This document shows, one piece after another, positions 9,825-19,770 of a DNA stretch of 64,000 nt. The first letter of the stretch is position 1; each line of letters begins with the position of its first letter. The notes beneath the pieces were generated by a model, which was not told the DNA's origin, made no database searches, and was given only the letters and a program-made list of their open reading frames with translations. A program made the position numbers and the translations under genes. The stretch is taken from sequence record NC_006268.1; one strand, written 5' to 3'.

Positions 9825-10919
9825 GTGGCAAAGATGGCATATTTACGCTTTCCAATGCGTATCTCTTTACTTAATAAAGTAAATGAAGAAGCTGCCCGCT
9901 TAAATGTAAAACGAACACTTTTGCTGAGAGCTGCAATTCACGCATTTATCGAAAACCCGCCAGAGACTATACAACCATTACCAACTCCAATCGGCGGATT
10001 TGGGCGAAAAGAATCAATAAAAGTTTTCTTAACATTGCCAAAAGACACTTTAGAAAAAATTCGTTCTTACGCTGCTGCAAGAGGACTATCAATAAGAAAT
10101 GTAGCAGAGAAGGCAGTAGCTGATTTTCTTAACTTGTCTGATGAACAGAAACTAATTTATATAAATAAGGAGATGGAAAGACTTGCAGAGAAGAGAAAGG
10201 GAAAAATAGACGAAGAGTCTACACTACAATTGCTAGAGCCCGAGGCTTCAAAAGATCCTTCTCTACTGGTTCCAACAAGTTTCAAATGTGTAGATGACTT
10301 ACATAAGCTACTTGCAAAAGAGGCATGTGAAAGGGGAACAACTGCAAGTGAGCTCGTGAGAAGAGCTGTTGAAGAATTTTTGAAAAAATATGGCGATAAC
10401 CTTGAGGAAATCAAAAAGCTATATGAGGTTGCTAAAGACCTGTATTATATGGAGGTTGAGGACAAAACTTGTACTTTAAAAATACCAGTGTATATGACAG
10501 TACAATTAGCAAAAATAGCTAATAAGATGAATGTACCTAAGTCTGCATTAATTCGTCTTGCGATCGTGAAATATCTGAACCTGAGTGACACAAAGCCACA
10601 AAAACACACAAAGCCACAAAAACACATAATCTTCAAATGTGCGGCTAGCCTTGTTTCAATGTTAGAAGAAAAGTCTAAAAAAGCTAACACCGCAAAAGCC
10701 GCAATTGTAAGGGAGGCAGTGAAACAACTTTTACAGCATAGTGCTGATGAGATAAGGGAGTTAAGCAGAAGAAATCCGGCTTGTTCAGCCGACTATCTAG
10801 TTTCCGTAATGCTTCCTGAGAGCCTTAATACTCAGCTAGATATTATTGCAGAAAAAGTAAGGACCACTAAGAACGATCTGATGAGGACTGCATTAGCAGT
10901 TTATTTTAGGCTAGTGTGA
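9825..10919 (+). CDS. Multi-RHH DNA-binding protein (6 RHH modules)
   Basis: Six strand-helix-helix repeats, e.g. PTSFKCVDDLHKLLAKEACERGTTASELVRRAVEEFL; likely start ATG 9834. Confidence 0.85.
   Translation: MAKMAYLRFPMRISLLNKVNEEAARLNVKRTLLLRAAIHAFIENPPETIQPLPTPIGGFGRKESIKVFLTLPKDTLEKIRSYAAARGLSIRNVAEKAVADFLNLSDEQKLIYINKEMERLAEKRKGKIDEESTLQLLEPEASKDPSLLVPTSFKCVDDLHKLLAKEACERGTTASELVRRAVEEFLKKYGDNLEEIKKLYEVAKDLYYMEVEDKTCTLKIPVYMTVQLAKIANKMNVPKSALIRLAIVKYLNLSDTKPQKHTKPQKHIIFKCAASLVSMLEEKSKKANTAKAAIVREAVKQLLQHSADEIRELSRRNPACSADYLVSVMLPESLNTQLDIIAEKVRTTKNDLMRTALAVYFRLV
10588..10623 (+). repeat. Perfect 18-bp tandem duplication in an RHH inter-module linker
   Basis: acacaaagccacaaaaac x2 (TKPQKH twice). 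Confidence 0.9.
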
Positions 10920-10931
10920 GAGGTAACGAAA

Positions 10932-11993
10932 ATGGCGTATTTACACTTATATCTACATAAATCTTTATTAAAGAAAGTAAAGAAAGAAGCATCACGTTTA
11001 AATGTAAAACGAAAACTTTTGATGAGTGCTGCAATTCAGGCATTTGTCGAAAATCCGCCAGAAACCATAAATCTACCGCCAGACTTGAATAACGGATTTG
11101 AACTAACAATTGGCGTTACCTTAGAACTGCCTACCGATGTTGTAGAAAAGATTTATTCTTACGCTATGTCAAAAGGTCTTTCGGCAAAAAAAGTAGCGGA
11201 GATAGCGATAACTACTTTTCTTAGCCTTTCTGATGAACAGAAAATGATCTATATAGATAAGGAGATAAAAAGACTTGAAGAGAAGAGAAAGAGAAAACTA
11301 AGCGAAGAGCGCAAGTTTCAATTTCTGGAAAGTATTGCTTCAAAAGATCCTTCTCGATCAGTTCGAATAAGTTTCAATTGTGTAGATGACTTACATAAAC
11401 TACTTGTAAAAGAGGCACATGTAAGAGGAACAACAGCGAGTGAACTTGTAAGAAGGGCTATTGAAGAATTTTTACAAAACTACTATAAGGGCAAGATAAA
11501 AATAAGAAAGCTGTATGAGGCTACTAAAGACTCGCATTATAGCAAAGCTGGGGGCAAAGTATATGACCTAAAAGTACCTACATATATGCTATTACATTTA
11601 ATGGTAATAGCTGATAATGTGAAGTTGTCTGTGGCTATGCTTATTCGTCTTGCCATTATGAGATATCTAAAGCTGGTTGACATAGAGCCACTAAAACAAG
11701 TAAGCTTCTCATGTGCGGCTAGTCTTATTTTAATGTTAGAGGAGGAGGTTAAAAAAACTAACACCGCAAGAGATGCAATTATAAAGGAGGCAGTGAAACA
11801 ACTTTTACAGCATAGTGTCGATGAGATAAGGGAGTTAAGTAGAGGAACTCCTCCCTATTCAAGCGGCTATGAAGTTTCCGTAAAGCTTCCTGAGAGCCTT
11901 ATCACACAACTAGATGCTATTGCAGAAAAAATAAGGACTAGTAGAAGCAACCTCATAAGAACTGCTTTAGCAGTTTATTTTAGGTTGGTATAA
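10932..11993 (+). CDS. Multi-RHH DNA-binding protein (6 RHH modules), paralog of 9825-10919
   Basis: Collinear similarity to the preceding ORF across all six modules. Confidence 0.85.
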   Translation: MAYLHLYLHKSLLKKVKKEASRLNVKRKLLMSAAIQAFVENPPETINLPPDLNNGFELTIGVTLELPTDVVEKIYSYAMSKGLSAKKVAEIAITTFLSLSDEQKMIYIDKEIKRLEEKRKRKLSEERKFQFLESIASKDPSRSVRISFNCVDDLHKLLVKEAHVRGTTASELVRRAIEEFLQNYYKGKIKIRKLYEATKDSHYSKAGGKVYDLKVPTYMLLHLMVIADNVKLSVAMLIRLAIMRYLKLVDIEPLKQVSFSCAASLILMLEEEVKKTNTARDAIIKEAVKQLLQHSVDEIRELSRGTPPYSSGYEVSVKLPESLITQLDAIAEKIRTSRSNLIRTALAVYFRLV

Positions 11994-11995
11994 GG

Positions 11996-12817
11996 GTGGT
12001 AAAGATGGCATATTTATGCTTTTCAATGCGCAACTCTCTACTTAACAAGGTAAATGAAGAAGCTACCCGCTTAAATGTAAAACGAACACTTTTAATGAAA
12101 GCTGCAATTCAAGCGTTTATTGAAAACCCGCCACAAACCATAAAACCGTTACCAAATGCAATTGGTGGCTTTGGGCGAAAAGAGACAGCAAAAGTTTGTT
12201 TAGCATTACCAAAAGATATCGTAGAAAAGATTTATTCTTATGCTATGTCAAAAGGCCTACCGGCGAGAAAAGTAGCGGAGAAGACAATAGCTGATTTTCT
12301 TAACTTGACTGATAAACAAAAACTAATTTATATAAATAATGAAATAAAAAGAGTTATAGAGAATAGGAAAAGAAAACTAGATAAAGAGCATTCGCTTCAA
12401 TTACTGGAAAATATTGCTTCAAAAGAACCTTATCGGCTAGTTCCAATAAGTTTTAAATGTGTAGATGATCTACATAAACTACTTGCAAAAGAGGCACGTG
12501 AAAGAGGAATAACGGTAAGTGAGCTTGTAAGAAGGGCTATTGATGATCTTTTGCAGAAATATGGTAATAACTTTGAGAAAATCAAAAAGCTGTATGAGGC
12601 TGCTAAACATCTGTATTATATCGAAGTTTCGGCTAAGGATTGTTCCTTAAAAGTGCCTGCATATATGCTATTACAGCTAACTAAAATAGCTGATAAGGTG
12701 AAGTTGCCTAGGACTATACTCATTCGCCTTGCAATTGTGAGATATCTGAACTTGGTTGACGTACATCAAGAGGTTATACAAAGTGTTAGCAGCGCAAACA
12801 TAACACTAGCAGCGTGA
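11996..12817 (+). CDS. Multi-RHH DNA-binding protein (4 RHH modules)
   Basis: Paralog of modules 1-4 of 9825-10919; likely start ATG 12005. Confidence 0.85.
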   Translation: MVKMAYLCFSMRNSLLNKVNEEATRLNVKRTLLMKAAIQAFIENPPQTIKPLPNAIGGFGRKETAKVCLALPKDIVEKIYSYAMSKGLPARKVAEKTIADFLNLTDKQKLIYINNEIKRVIENRKRKLDKEHSLQLLENIASKEPYRLVPISFKCVDDLHKLLAKEARERGITVSELVRRAIDDLLQKYGNNFEKIKKLYEAAKHLYYIEVSAKDCSLKVPAYMLLQLTKIADKVKLPRTILIRLAIVRYLNLVDVHQEVIQSVSSANITLAA

Positions 12818-12822
12818 TGTAA

Positions 12823-14067
12823 ATGAAGTCTCTTGAGTTCATTATTCCTAATGCCTTGTTCGATAAAATAAAAGAAGAAGCAGAACGACTTAATGTGACC
12901 GACAAGCTTTTGATTAAGGCAGCTATTATTACGTTTGCCGAAAACCCTTCAGACGCTATAAAACCACTATCATATAATTATAGCAAAAAAGACTTAACGA
13001 GAATTTACTTATCAGTACCAAAAGATATTATTGAAAAGATTCGTCTTTACTCCAGTTCAAAAGGATTTTCAATTAGGAGAATAGTTTGGAGTATGGTAGA
13101 TGATTTCCTTACTCTAGATGATGAGAAGAAAAAGTTCTATATAGACAAAGTAAAAAGAAGATTATCCAGGTTTAGAGATGATCAAAATCGTCTAACAAAA
13201 CTACAAGAGGCTATAGCTTACGAAAATTTTAATGCGCCAATTTCAGCGAGTTTTAAATGTAATCCTCAGTTATACAAACTAATTGAGGATGAGGTAATAA
13301 AAAAACGCACAACAATAAGTGATCTTGTAAGACAGGCTATTGAAGAGTTTCTGAAAAAGTATGGTAATAACTACGAGGAAATCAAAAAACTACATGAGAC
13401 GGCTAATCAATTATTTCCTGAAAAAGGTCCTTGGAAAGGGCGCGCTATAAAGTTGCCTGCGTATATGTTGCTTCAATTAACAAAGATTTCGGAGCAGACG
13501 TCAGTCCCCAGAAGCGCTATTATTCGCCTTGCAATTATGAAACACATGAATTTGTTAAATAAAAGCACCATAGAACAGCAGAAGGTTACAAGAAATGAAG
13601 TATTAAACGATCCGCCAAATGACCCACCATCCAATGATCCCCCACAACAAAATAATAAAGACGAACTTGAGCAAGTAATACGTTTTGTTAATGTATCACT
13701 GCCAGACCCACTTTATAATTTATTAAAGAAATATGTAATGCTTAAGTACAATATTGATGATGAAAGACAGATTAAGCTTGAAGTTAGTAAAATTGTTGCA
13801 AAAGTATTGATACAATGGGCAAGGAGACGCTTCTTTAAGAGGCCTGATATTGAAACTTATGTGATATGGCAAAAGATTTTAGAAGAGCTAAAGACGAGCC
13901 TTTATCCTAGCCTGAGCAGAGGAACAGTGGTGAAGAAGCAGGATATTCAAGATGCAATGAAGGAAATAAAAGATGTTAAAAATATAACAGAGTTATTTGA
14001 AAAATTTAAGAGGCGTGGCTATCTAAAGGAAATCGATAAAGACAACGTTAAAATTCTACTCTTGTAA
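12823..14067 (+). CDS. Multi-RHH protein (4 modules) with NDPP linker and an additional C-terminal domain (possible RHH plus winged helix)
   Basis: Modules 1-4 are paralogous to its neighbours, followed by an NDPPNDPPSNDPP linker. The C-terminus ELFEKFKRRGYLKEIDKDNVKILLL resembles a wHTH wing. Confidence 0.8.
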   Translation: MKSLEFIIPNALFDKIKEEAERLNVTDKLLIKAAIITFAENPSDAIKPLSYNYSKKDLTRIYLSVPKDIIEKIRLYSSSKGFSIRRIVWSMVDDFLTLDDEKKKFYIDKVKRRLSRFRDDQNRLTKLQEAIAYENFNAPISASFKCNPQLYKLIEDEVIKKRTTISDLVRQAIEEFLKKYGNNYEEIKKLHETANQLFPEKGPWKGRAIKLPAYMLLQLTKISEQTSVPRSAIIRLAIMKHMNLLNKSTIEQQKVTRNEVLNDPPNDPPSNDPPQQNNKDELEQVIRFVNVSLPDPLYNLLKKYVMLKYNIDDERQIKLEVSKIVAKVLIQWARRRFFKRPDIETYVIWQKILEELKTSLYPSLSRGTVVKKQDIQDAMKEIKDVKNITELFEKFKRRGYLKEIDKDNVKILLL

Positions 14068-14071
14068 GTTT

Positions 14072-14119
14072 TTCAGTAAAATTACAGAATTGTCATGTTA
14101 GTTCTACAAATTTGTGGAA
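14072..14119. repeat. 48-bp palindromic element
   Basis: ttcagtaaaattacagaa ttgtcatgttag ttctacaaatttgtggaa. Confidence 0.85.
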
Positions 14120-14251
14120 ATCCCTTTTTCCCCTTGTGTTTTTGTGACTATCGTGTTAAATTAACATGTGACTTTACGTATTTGACTATGGAGTTTATGA
14201 GAGAAAGTTTTATAAGCTTAAATGAACACAATAATAATCGGTGAAAAAATG
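14120..14251 (+). promoter_or_regulatory. Triplicated promoter cassette, copy 3 (BRE-TATA at 14202-14222)
   Basis: Identical 21-bp core. Confidence 0.85.
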
Positions 14252-15049
14252 TTTGAGATCCAATCCGAAAAAACACAACTCCACTTAAAGGCAAAAGAAA
14301 AGACTTTAGAAGACTTAGTATATTACACGTTAAGAAACAGCGTTACGTTATATAAGAAAGGCATATTGCCTTTCGCATTGTACAACTACAAAATAGATAG
14401 AATAAAGAAAGATATATCAAAGATTAATCAAACAACATATGCGATAACCTTAAGCGTAAGATTATATAACACTGCCAGCAAAGAAAAACTAAAAATAATG
14501 TTCACTTTCATTTTTGAAATAAATGCCGATCATAGCAGCGAGTACTTGTTTGACCCAGATGAGGCTGAAGATAGATTGTTGATAATAACAATGCCAGGCT
14601 TATCTCCACTAGTTTATGACTTCGCTGACTTTATCGAAAGGGCTGACTTTACCTACGATCCTCTAGCTTATGTTGAATCAAATAAAGAAGTTAAGGAGAA
14701 TATGATAAATGTAGCAATGAAGAAAGTAAAAAGATACACTATACCTATAGGCAATGAGGCCTTTATCGAGGCTGACGTGTTTTATGCAGAGAGGAAAATA
14801 GACTTAGCTGCTGCCAGTATGTTAGGAAGTAATAATTGGACACTTATAGAGAAAAAAGTTAATTTGGCTGATTATAATGATGATATACAGGCTGTGTTAA
14901 AGGCTTATGCTGAAGAGTTGAATGAAACGCTTCACGACCTGATACGAAACGGAGAAACTAAAATATTTGCGATAAAATATAAAGATAAATTGACTATGCG
15001 CCTTATAGCACCAGTTTCAAAAAAGGAAAACTACCTGTTTGCCACATAG
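14222..15049 (+). CDS. Hypothetical protein
   Basis: Long ORF; likely start ATG 14249 behind the conserved promoter cassette and GGTGA SD. Confidence 0.8.
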   Translation: MNTIIIGEKMFEIQSEKTQLHLKAKEKTLEDLVYYTLRNSVTLYKKGILPFALYNYKIDRIKKDISKINQTTYAITLSVRLYNTASKEKLKIMFTFIFEINADHSSEYLFDPDEAEDRLLIITMPGLSPLVYDFADFIERADFTYDPLAYVESNKEVKENMINVAMKKVKRYTIPIGNEAFIEADVFYAERKIDLAAASMLGSNNWTLIEKKVNLADYNDDIQAVLKAYAEELNETLHDLIRNGETKIFAIKYKDKLTMRLIAPVSKKENYLFAT

Positions 15050-16040
15050 GTGGCCCATCATGCCTTACTTAACGTTTAGAATCCCACGCGGTCTAGTTGA
15101 AACAATGAAAACACTTCAAGAGAAGCGACAAGAAACTCAAGACCTAATAGTCACTAGGGCCTTGGAGAAATTTTTTGAAAAATACAAAAATGAAAGCTTC
15201 AGAATTGCGCATCGAGAAGTAAAGAAATTAGAGCCAAAGCTTACTGCTGATTCGCCACCACTTGAGGATCTAGTTACTGTTTCATTGTCAGATGATATGG
15301 TAAAGAGGCTAAATGAATACATAGAAAAGAATAAAGTGAGCTCTAGGGATTTGGTTGTTTCTGCCGCGCTCACTGATTACCTTTATGATCTTACTATAAG
15401 AAGAAAGGAGAAAGCAGAAATTTCTTTTCCCGTCAGTAGCGAGATTTACAGAAAGCTCAAAAATATATTACAATTTACCTCAAAGGGTATGAAGGATATT
15501 GTGTCAGATGCCATAAAATGGTTTTTAGATAATTATGGGGACTATGACTTTGCTCATATAATTAAGAATAGGATAGAAAATGAGGATGAAGTGTACAAGG
15601 GAGATTCGGTCATTACGACAATGATACCGAGTCGCCTTAAGAGACGTCTTTATAATTATGCACATAAGAACGGAGTTCCAATGGTTATCGCATTTCGTGT
15701 TGCGATAATTCTGTACTTAAAAAAGGTTGAGGAAGGTAAGATAAAGCTTAGTGAGGCTAAGAATGAGGAGGTAAAGCAAGATACGCAAAAGGAAAAACAC
15801 ATAAACGAAATTGTTGAATCACTAGATAAATTGCAAAAAGAGCTTAAGGAACTAAAGGATAAAAAAGAAAGAAATGATTCACACGTTCGCCTAGTCAATA
15901 CTAAACTAGAGGTCATAAAATTAGGAATTAAGAGTGGCGCCGAGCCCGATGAGATTATGAATGTAGTAAAGACGCTTGACAAGATGGTGGATGAGGCAAA
16001 GGAAAAGAAGGAAACGTTAATAAAAGATAATAATTCGTGA
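15039..16040 (+). CDS. Multi-RHH protein (4 modules) with C-terminal coiled coil
   Basis: e.g. YLTFRIPRGLVETMKTLQEKRQETQDLIVTRALEKFF and VITTMIPSRLKRRLYNYAHKNGVPMVIAFRVAI; likely start ATG 15060. Confidence 0.8.
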   Translation: MPHRWPIMPYLTFRIPRGLVETMKTLQEKRQETQDLIVTRALEKFFEKYKNESFRIAHREVKKLEPKLTADSPPLEDLVTVSLSDDMVKRLNEYIEKNKVSSRDLVVSAALTDYLYDLTIRRKEKAEISFPVSSEIYRKLKNILQFTSKGMKDIVSDAIKWFLDNYGDYDFAHIIKNRIENEDEVYKGDSVITTMIPSRLKRRLYNYAHKNGVPMVIAFRVAIILYLKKVEEGKIKLSEAKNEEVKQDTQKEKHINEIVESLDKLQKELKELKDKKERNDSHVRLVNTKLEVIKLGIKSGAEPDEIMNVVKTLDKMVDEAKEKKETLIKDNNS

Positions 16041-16055
16041 TAAAAACCTTTCATA

Positions 16056-17462
16056 ATGAATCCGATTTTAAATTTCTTGAAAAACGCCAACATTCCTATT
16101 GTTTCCATCATATCATCATTCATCTTCTTTGTTGTCGCTGCAAAGCTTTCAACCCCGGCATTTTTTGGGAAAGTAGCAATCATTCAGCTGTTTTCCACTG
16201 CGGTCTCATTGTTTGAACTAGTCAATACTTCTATTGTATCTCGAGAAATCGCATATCAACTTGCCAAAAACGAGATAGACAAGAAGTTCATAAGCACTGC
16301 AATTATTACATCATTTTTAATCTCGCCGCTCTTTCTCGCCTTATTGGCCTTTTCTAATTATCTCAGATTTTTAATTCCTTATTTAATTCTATTTTTACTG
16401 TACCACTACTTAACTGCAATCTTAATAGGCTTGAATAGGTTTACTGAAAACACGATTTCGTGGAGTGTATTTTTCATAATACGCTGGGGCGTATCAGTAA
16501 TTGCAGTAATTTTTAACAGTATTTTACTCTTTATTGCAATCTGGACTCTCGCGGCATTAGTATGTGACATTTATTCATTTCTAATAGTGATAAAAAGCGT
16601 TTCCGGTTTGCCTTTCGCCTTTGATAAGGCCCTTTTCAAGAGATTAGTTAAAGAGAGTTATGCGCTTAACCTAAAGAGCATTGCTAGCTTTTTTAGTACC
16701 CAGGGTGATAGGCTAATAGTTGTCTCACTCCTAGGTACTTATTTTTTGGCTATTTACCAGTTCGCCGCATTATTGGCTGATGTGCCTGGAATGATCCTAA
16801 GAGCTGTTAACGATTCGGTTCTCGTTTCCTCTTCTTATTTCAAGGCTAAAGGCGCTGATGAGTTACGAATGAGTAGGTTAACGTTTAAGGCAGTGACAAT
16901 TCTAACATTCGTAACCGCAATAGTATTTTTAGTATTAGTGCGCTTTTTAGTACCAGCATTTTTCCCTGCATACAAGGCCAGCTTAGATGCGCTTTCTATC
17001 CTTTCGCTTTCTTTTATTTTTTCTATACCATTTCTTGTTCTCACACAATTCATCATTTCGTACAAGAGAGATCTTAGGCTATTTACATTAATTTCTCTGA
17101 TTGATGCTGTATTAGTTGTGTTAACATCTATTGCATTAGTTCCAAGGTTAGGAATCTTAGGCGCTGCCATTTCGCAATTGATTGTCGCAGTGGTTAATAA
17201 CGTTTTGAATCTTCTTTATTCTCTGCATGTAAAGGTGTTTAAAGTTGGAAAGAAAGAGTTATTGCTGATGGCCATGATGCCAGTTATCTTTGCTTATGAA
17301 CTATTTTTTGACAAAGCGTATTTCAGCGTGTTGCTATTATTTGCGCTGTTTGTCTTTCTTAAGCTAAGTAAAATTTTCAATAAGCACGAGAAGGATGTAA
17401 TTATCCATTTTGCTGGAAAAAAACTTAGTTTTACGAAAAGGATTTTTGAAGCGATTTTTTGA
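16056..17462 (+). CDS. Polysaccharide biosynthesis protein / Wzx-like (MOP superfamily) flippase
   Basis: 468 aa, about 12-14 hydrophobic segments; FGKVAIIQLF, QGDRLIVVSLLG, LVPRLGILGAAISQL patterns typical of Wzx/RfbX. Confidence 0.85.
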   Translation: MNPILNFLKNANIPIVSIISSFIFFVVAAKLSTPAFFGKVAIIQLFSTAVSLFELVNTSIVSREIAYQLAKNEIDKKFISTAIITSFLISPLFLALLAFSNYLRFLIPYLILFLLYHYLTAILIGLNRFTENTISWSVFFIIRWGVSVIAVIFNSILLFIAIWTLAALVCDIYSFLIVIKSVSGLPFAFDKALFKRLVKESYALNLKSIASFFSTQGDRLIVVSLLGTYFLAIYQFAALLADVPGMILRAVNDSVLVSSSYFKAKGADELRMSRLTFKAVTILTFVTAIVFLVLVRFLVPAFFPAYKASLDALSILSLSFIFSIPFLVLTQFIISYKRDLRLFTLISLIDAVLVVLTSIALVPRLGILGAAISQLIVAVVNNVLNLLYSLHVKVFKVGKKELLLMAMMPVIFAYELFFDKAYFSVLLLFALFVFLKLSKIFNKHEKDVIIHFAGKKLSFTKRIFEAIF

Positions 17463-17642
17463 TCAAAGTTTATTTCTCTCAAAGGAAGGAAATTTTGTTA
17501 TCATACGGCCCCAAGATAACAGAAGATCCGGTTACGAGGTTACCTTTTGACCGTGTCTAGGGAAGAAAGATAACAAAGAACGAATAAGCAAAAATCCCCT
17601 TAGTTTAGAATATTTTAAGCACAATAATTTTTTAATCGTGTT

Positions 17643-17975
17643 TTGCAATTTTACCATATGAGTGGGCACACATTAGAACTCATCCTAAAGCCCATTGATT
17701 TTCGAAAAGCTACAACAAAAGAAGAAAAAGAAGCTATAAAAAAATATGTTAACAGAAATTATAGTATAATAGAAGTTAATAAAAATGGGCAAGAAATAGA
17801 AATAAAAATCGCATATGAGAAACTACCAGATGCTGTTTTAATCAAAGACAGCTTAATAAATGATTGCGTATTAAATTACAAGATTGGTAGACTCGTAATT
17901 AAGAGTACTGGAATGGCTATTAAACTTGTCCCTGGGAAGCTTGTTGAACGTAAACCAGTCTCTACTTCATTATAG
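17643..17975 (+). CDS. Hypothetical protein
   Basis: ORF only; likely start ATG 17658. Confidence 0.65.
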   Translation: MQFYHMSGHTLELILKPIDFRKATTKEEKEAIKKYVNRNYSIIEVNKNGQEIEIKIAYEKLPDAVLIKDSLINDCVLNYKIGRLVIKSTGMAIKLVPGKLVERKPVSTSL

Positions 17976-17994
17976 AAAGTTTTATAAGTTTGAA
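17974..17994 (+). promoter_or_regulatory. Strong BRE-TATA promoter variant
   Basis: agaaagttttataagtttgaa upstream of 18020. Confidence 0.75.
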
Positions 17995-18019
17995 TGTTCA
18001 CTAGATTTATGAGGGAAAA

Positions 18020-18322
18020 ATGTTGAAGACAATACCCTTCAAAATAGACTACAAAATGCTCTTCTTAGATCTAGATGAAGAAACGAATGACGTGTATGCT
18101 TACTTGACAGACCCAAACCTAAAGCTGGAAAGGCGTGAAAAATTTAGAGAATTCACGGAATTCAAAAACTTCATTGATGAATTAAGTAGAGACTACATCA
18201 TAAAGCCTGTAGCTGGCTATGTCAATCAAAATGGTAATGAGCCTAAACTATCATTTTTGATAGTTGTACTATTTAAAAAGCCTGTAGCTGCTGATGTTCA
18301 ATATACAACAACAGTGAATTAA
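18020..18322 (+). CDS. Hypothetical protein
   Basis: 100 aa; preceded by the AGAAAGTTTTATAAG promoter. Confidence 0.75.
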   Translation: MLKTIPFKIDYKMLFLDLDEETNDVYAYLTDPNLKLERREKFREFTEFKNFIDELSRDYIIKPVAGYVNQNGNEPKLSFLIVVLFKKPVAADVQYTTTVN

Positions 18323-18337
18323 CTGGGGGGTTAAAAG

Positions 18338-19093
18338 ATGGCAGAAGAGGCTGAGAAATTAAAACTTCTAGTTGGCCATTTTAAGGATTTGGCATTAGCA
18401 AAAGAGTTCTTAATGCAAGTTACGCCCCAAAAGCTTGGCACGATTAAGTATTCATACACAGTGGCCGTTTCACAAAACACTGGACTAGAGTTCATTCCAA
18501 CTGAAGTCAAAATAAATCCAATCATCATAGGAGATGCGCAACGTAGATATGTGAAAAAACTCGTAAAAGAAAAAACAACAGCCCTTTCACAAATCATGCT
18601 AACAATACCAAAAAAATTGAACAATCGTACAATTTCCAGCCTTTACACGCGTGCTGAAACTTATGGCGACCTCTTGTTTGGAATGCGTAAATTACTCTGG
18701 AAGATGCAAGATGATATAAGAGAAGCTGGAAAAGAGGCAAACCTCTTACCTAGCTTAAAAGTAATGCAGATACACACGTTAAGACTGCTTTTCAACGTGT
18801 GTATGGAATTTATGCTAAGGAGAGGGAATATAGTTACATTTGAGTATGATAAAGGATCAGTTCTTCTTTATAGATTAGCAGATCAAAATGCTGTTTTGAC
18901 GTTCGCCAACTACAGTGAAATAGTATATGCGAATGATCTCGCATTTGACTTCCCATCACAGAAGCTAGTAGAAATAGAGGCACATTTGAGGGCAAGGGAA
19001 ATGGTTCCACTCGTTAACACAGTAATGAAATTGCTACATTGGGTATTTGATTTTACTTATGACTATTTGAATGGAAAGAAACATATTTTATAA
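18338..19093 (+). CDS. Hypothetical protein
   Basis: 251-aa ORF with SD-like GGGGG. Confidence 0.8.
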   Translation: MAEEAEKLKLLVGHFKDLALAKEFLMQVTPQKLGTIKYSYTVAVSQNTGLEFIPTEVKINPIIIGDAQRRYVKKLVKEKTTALSQIMLTIPKKLNNRTISSLYTRAETYGDLLFGMRKLLWKMQDDIREAGKEANLLPSLKVMQIHTLRLLFNVCMEFMLRRGNIVTFEYDKGSVLLYRLADQNAVLTFANYSEIVYANDLAFDFPSQKLVEIEAHLRAREMVPLVNTVMKLLHWVFDFTYDYLNGKKHIL

Positions 19094-19120
19094 GGTTCTT
19101 CATTAGAGAGGGTATCAAAA

Positions 19121-19639
19121 ATGATTTTCAGTGATAGAGATTTAAAATATTACTTGGAAAAGGGATGGATAAAGATTGAGCCGTTAAGAGAAGACACTAT
19201 TAGGGAAAATGGGGTAGATTTAAGGATTGGTAACGAGATTGTTAGATTCAAGAAAAATAGGATTTTTGATCCTGACAAAGATTCCATAGATGATTTTATA
19301 GAGAAAGAGGTGGGGAATGAGTTTATAATAAATCCCCATGAGCATGTATTATTAGTTACAGAAGAATATGTAAAATTGCCTAATGATGTAATGGCATTCG
19401 TAAATCTTAGATCAACATTTGCTAGATTAGGTCTTTTCATTCCTCCAACTATCGTAGATGCAGGATTTGAAGGACAATTAACTATAGAGTTAGTAGGATC
19501 AGAATTCCCAATAAAACTAAAATATGGAATGAGATTTATCCACCTAATCTTCGCAAAAACACTAACACCAGTTGAAAAGCCATATAATGGAAAATATCAG
19601 AAACAAAGAGGAGTGACGCCGGCTAAGCTTTTAAGTTGA
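19121..19639 (+). CDS. dcd: dCTP deaminase (dUTPase superfamily)
   Basis: MIFSDRDL start, [40 protein letters not shown]. Confidence 0.9.
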   Translation: MIFSDRDLKYYLEKGWIKIEPLREDTIRENGVDLRIGNEIVRFKKNRIFDPDKDSIDDFIEKEVGNEFIINPHEHVLLVTEEYVKLPNDVMAFVNLRSTFARLGLFIPPTIVDAGFEGQLTIELVGSEFPIKLKYGMRFIHLIFAKTLTPVEKPYNGKYQKQRGVTPAKLLS

Positions 19640-19644
19640 CGTTT

Positions 19645-19692
19645 TTCTACCAATTTACAGAATTGTCATGACAATTCTGTAATTTTGGTGAA
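19645..19692. repeat. 48-bp palindromic element
   Basis: ttctaccaatttacagaa ttgtcatgacaa ttctgtaattttggtgaa, 5 nt after the dcd stop. Confidence 0.9.
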
Positions 19693-19770
19693 TTCTAACC
19701 TTTTGTCCATATTTAGATAAATCAAGGTTATGGAGTCTTTTTAACTTATACCTTATGAATAATATTTAGT

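Noticed and set aside
17500-17600. AAGATAACAGAAGA / AAGATAACAAAGA short repeat in a slightly GC-richer spacer
   Set aside because: Only two imperfect short copies, and no convincing stem was found.
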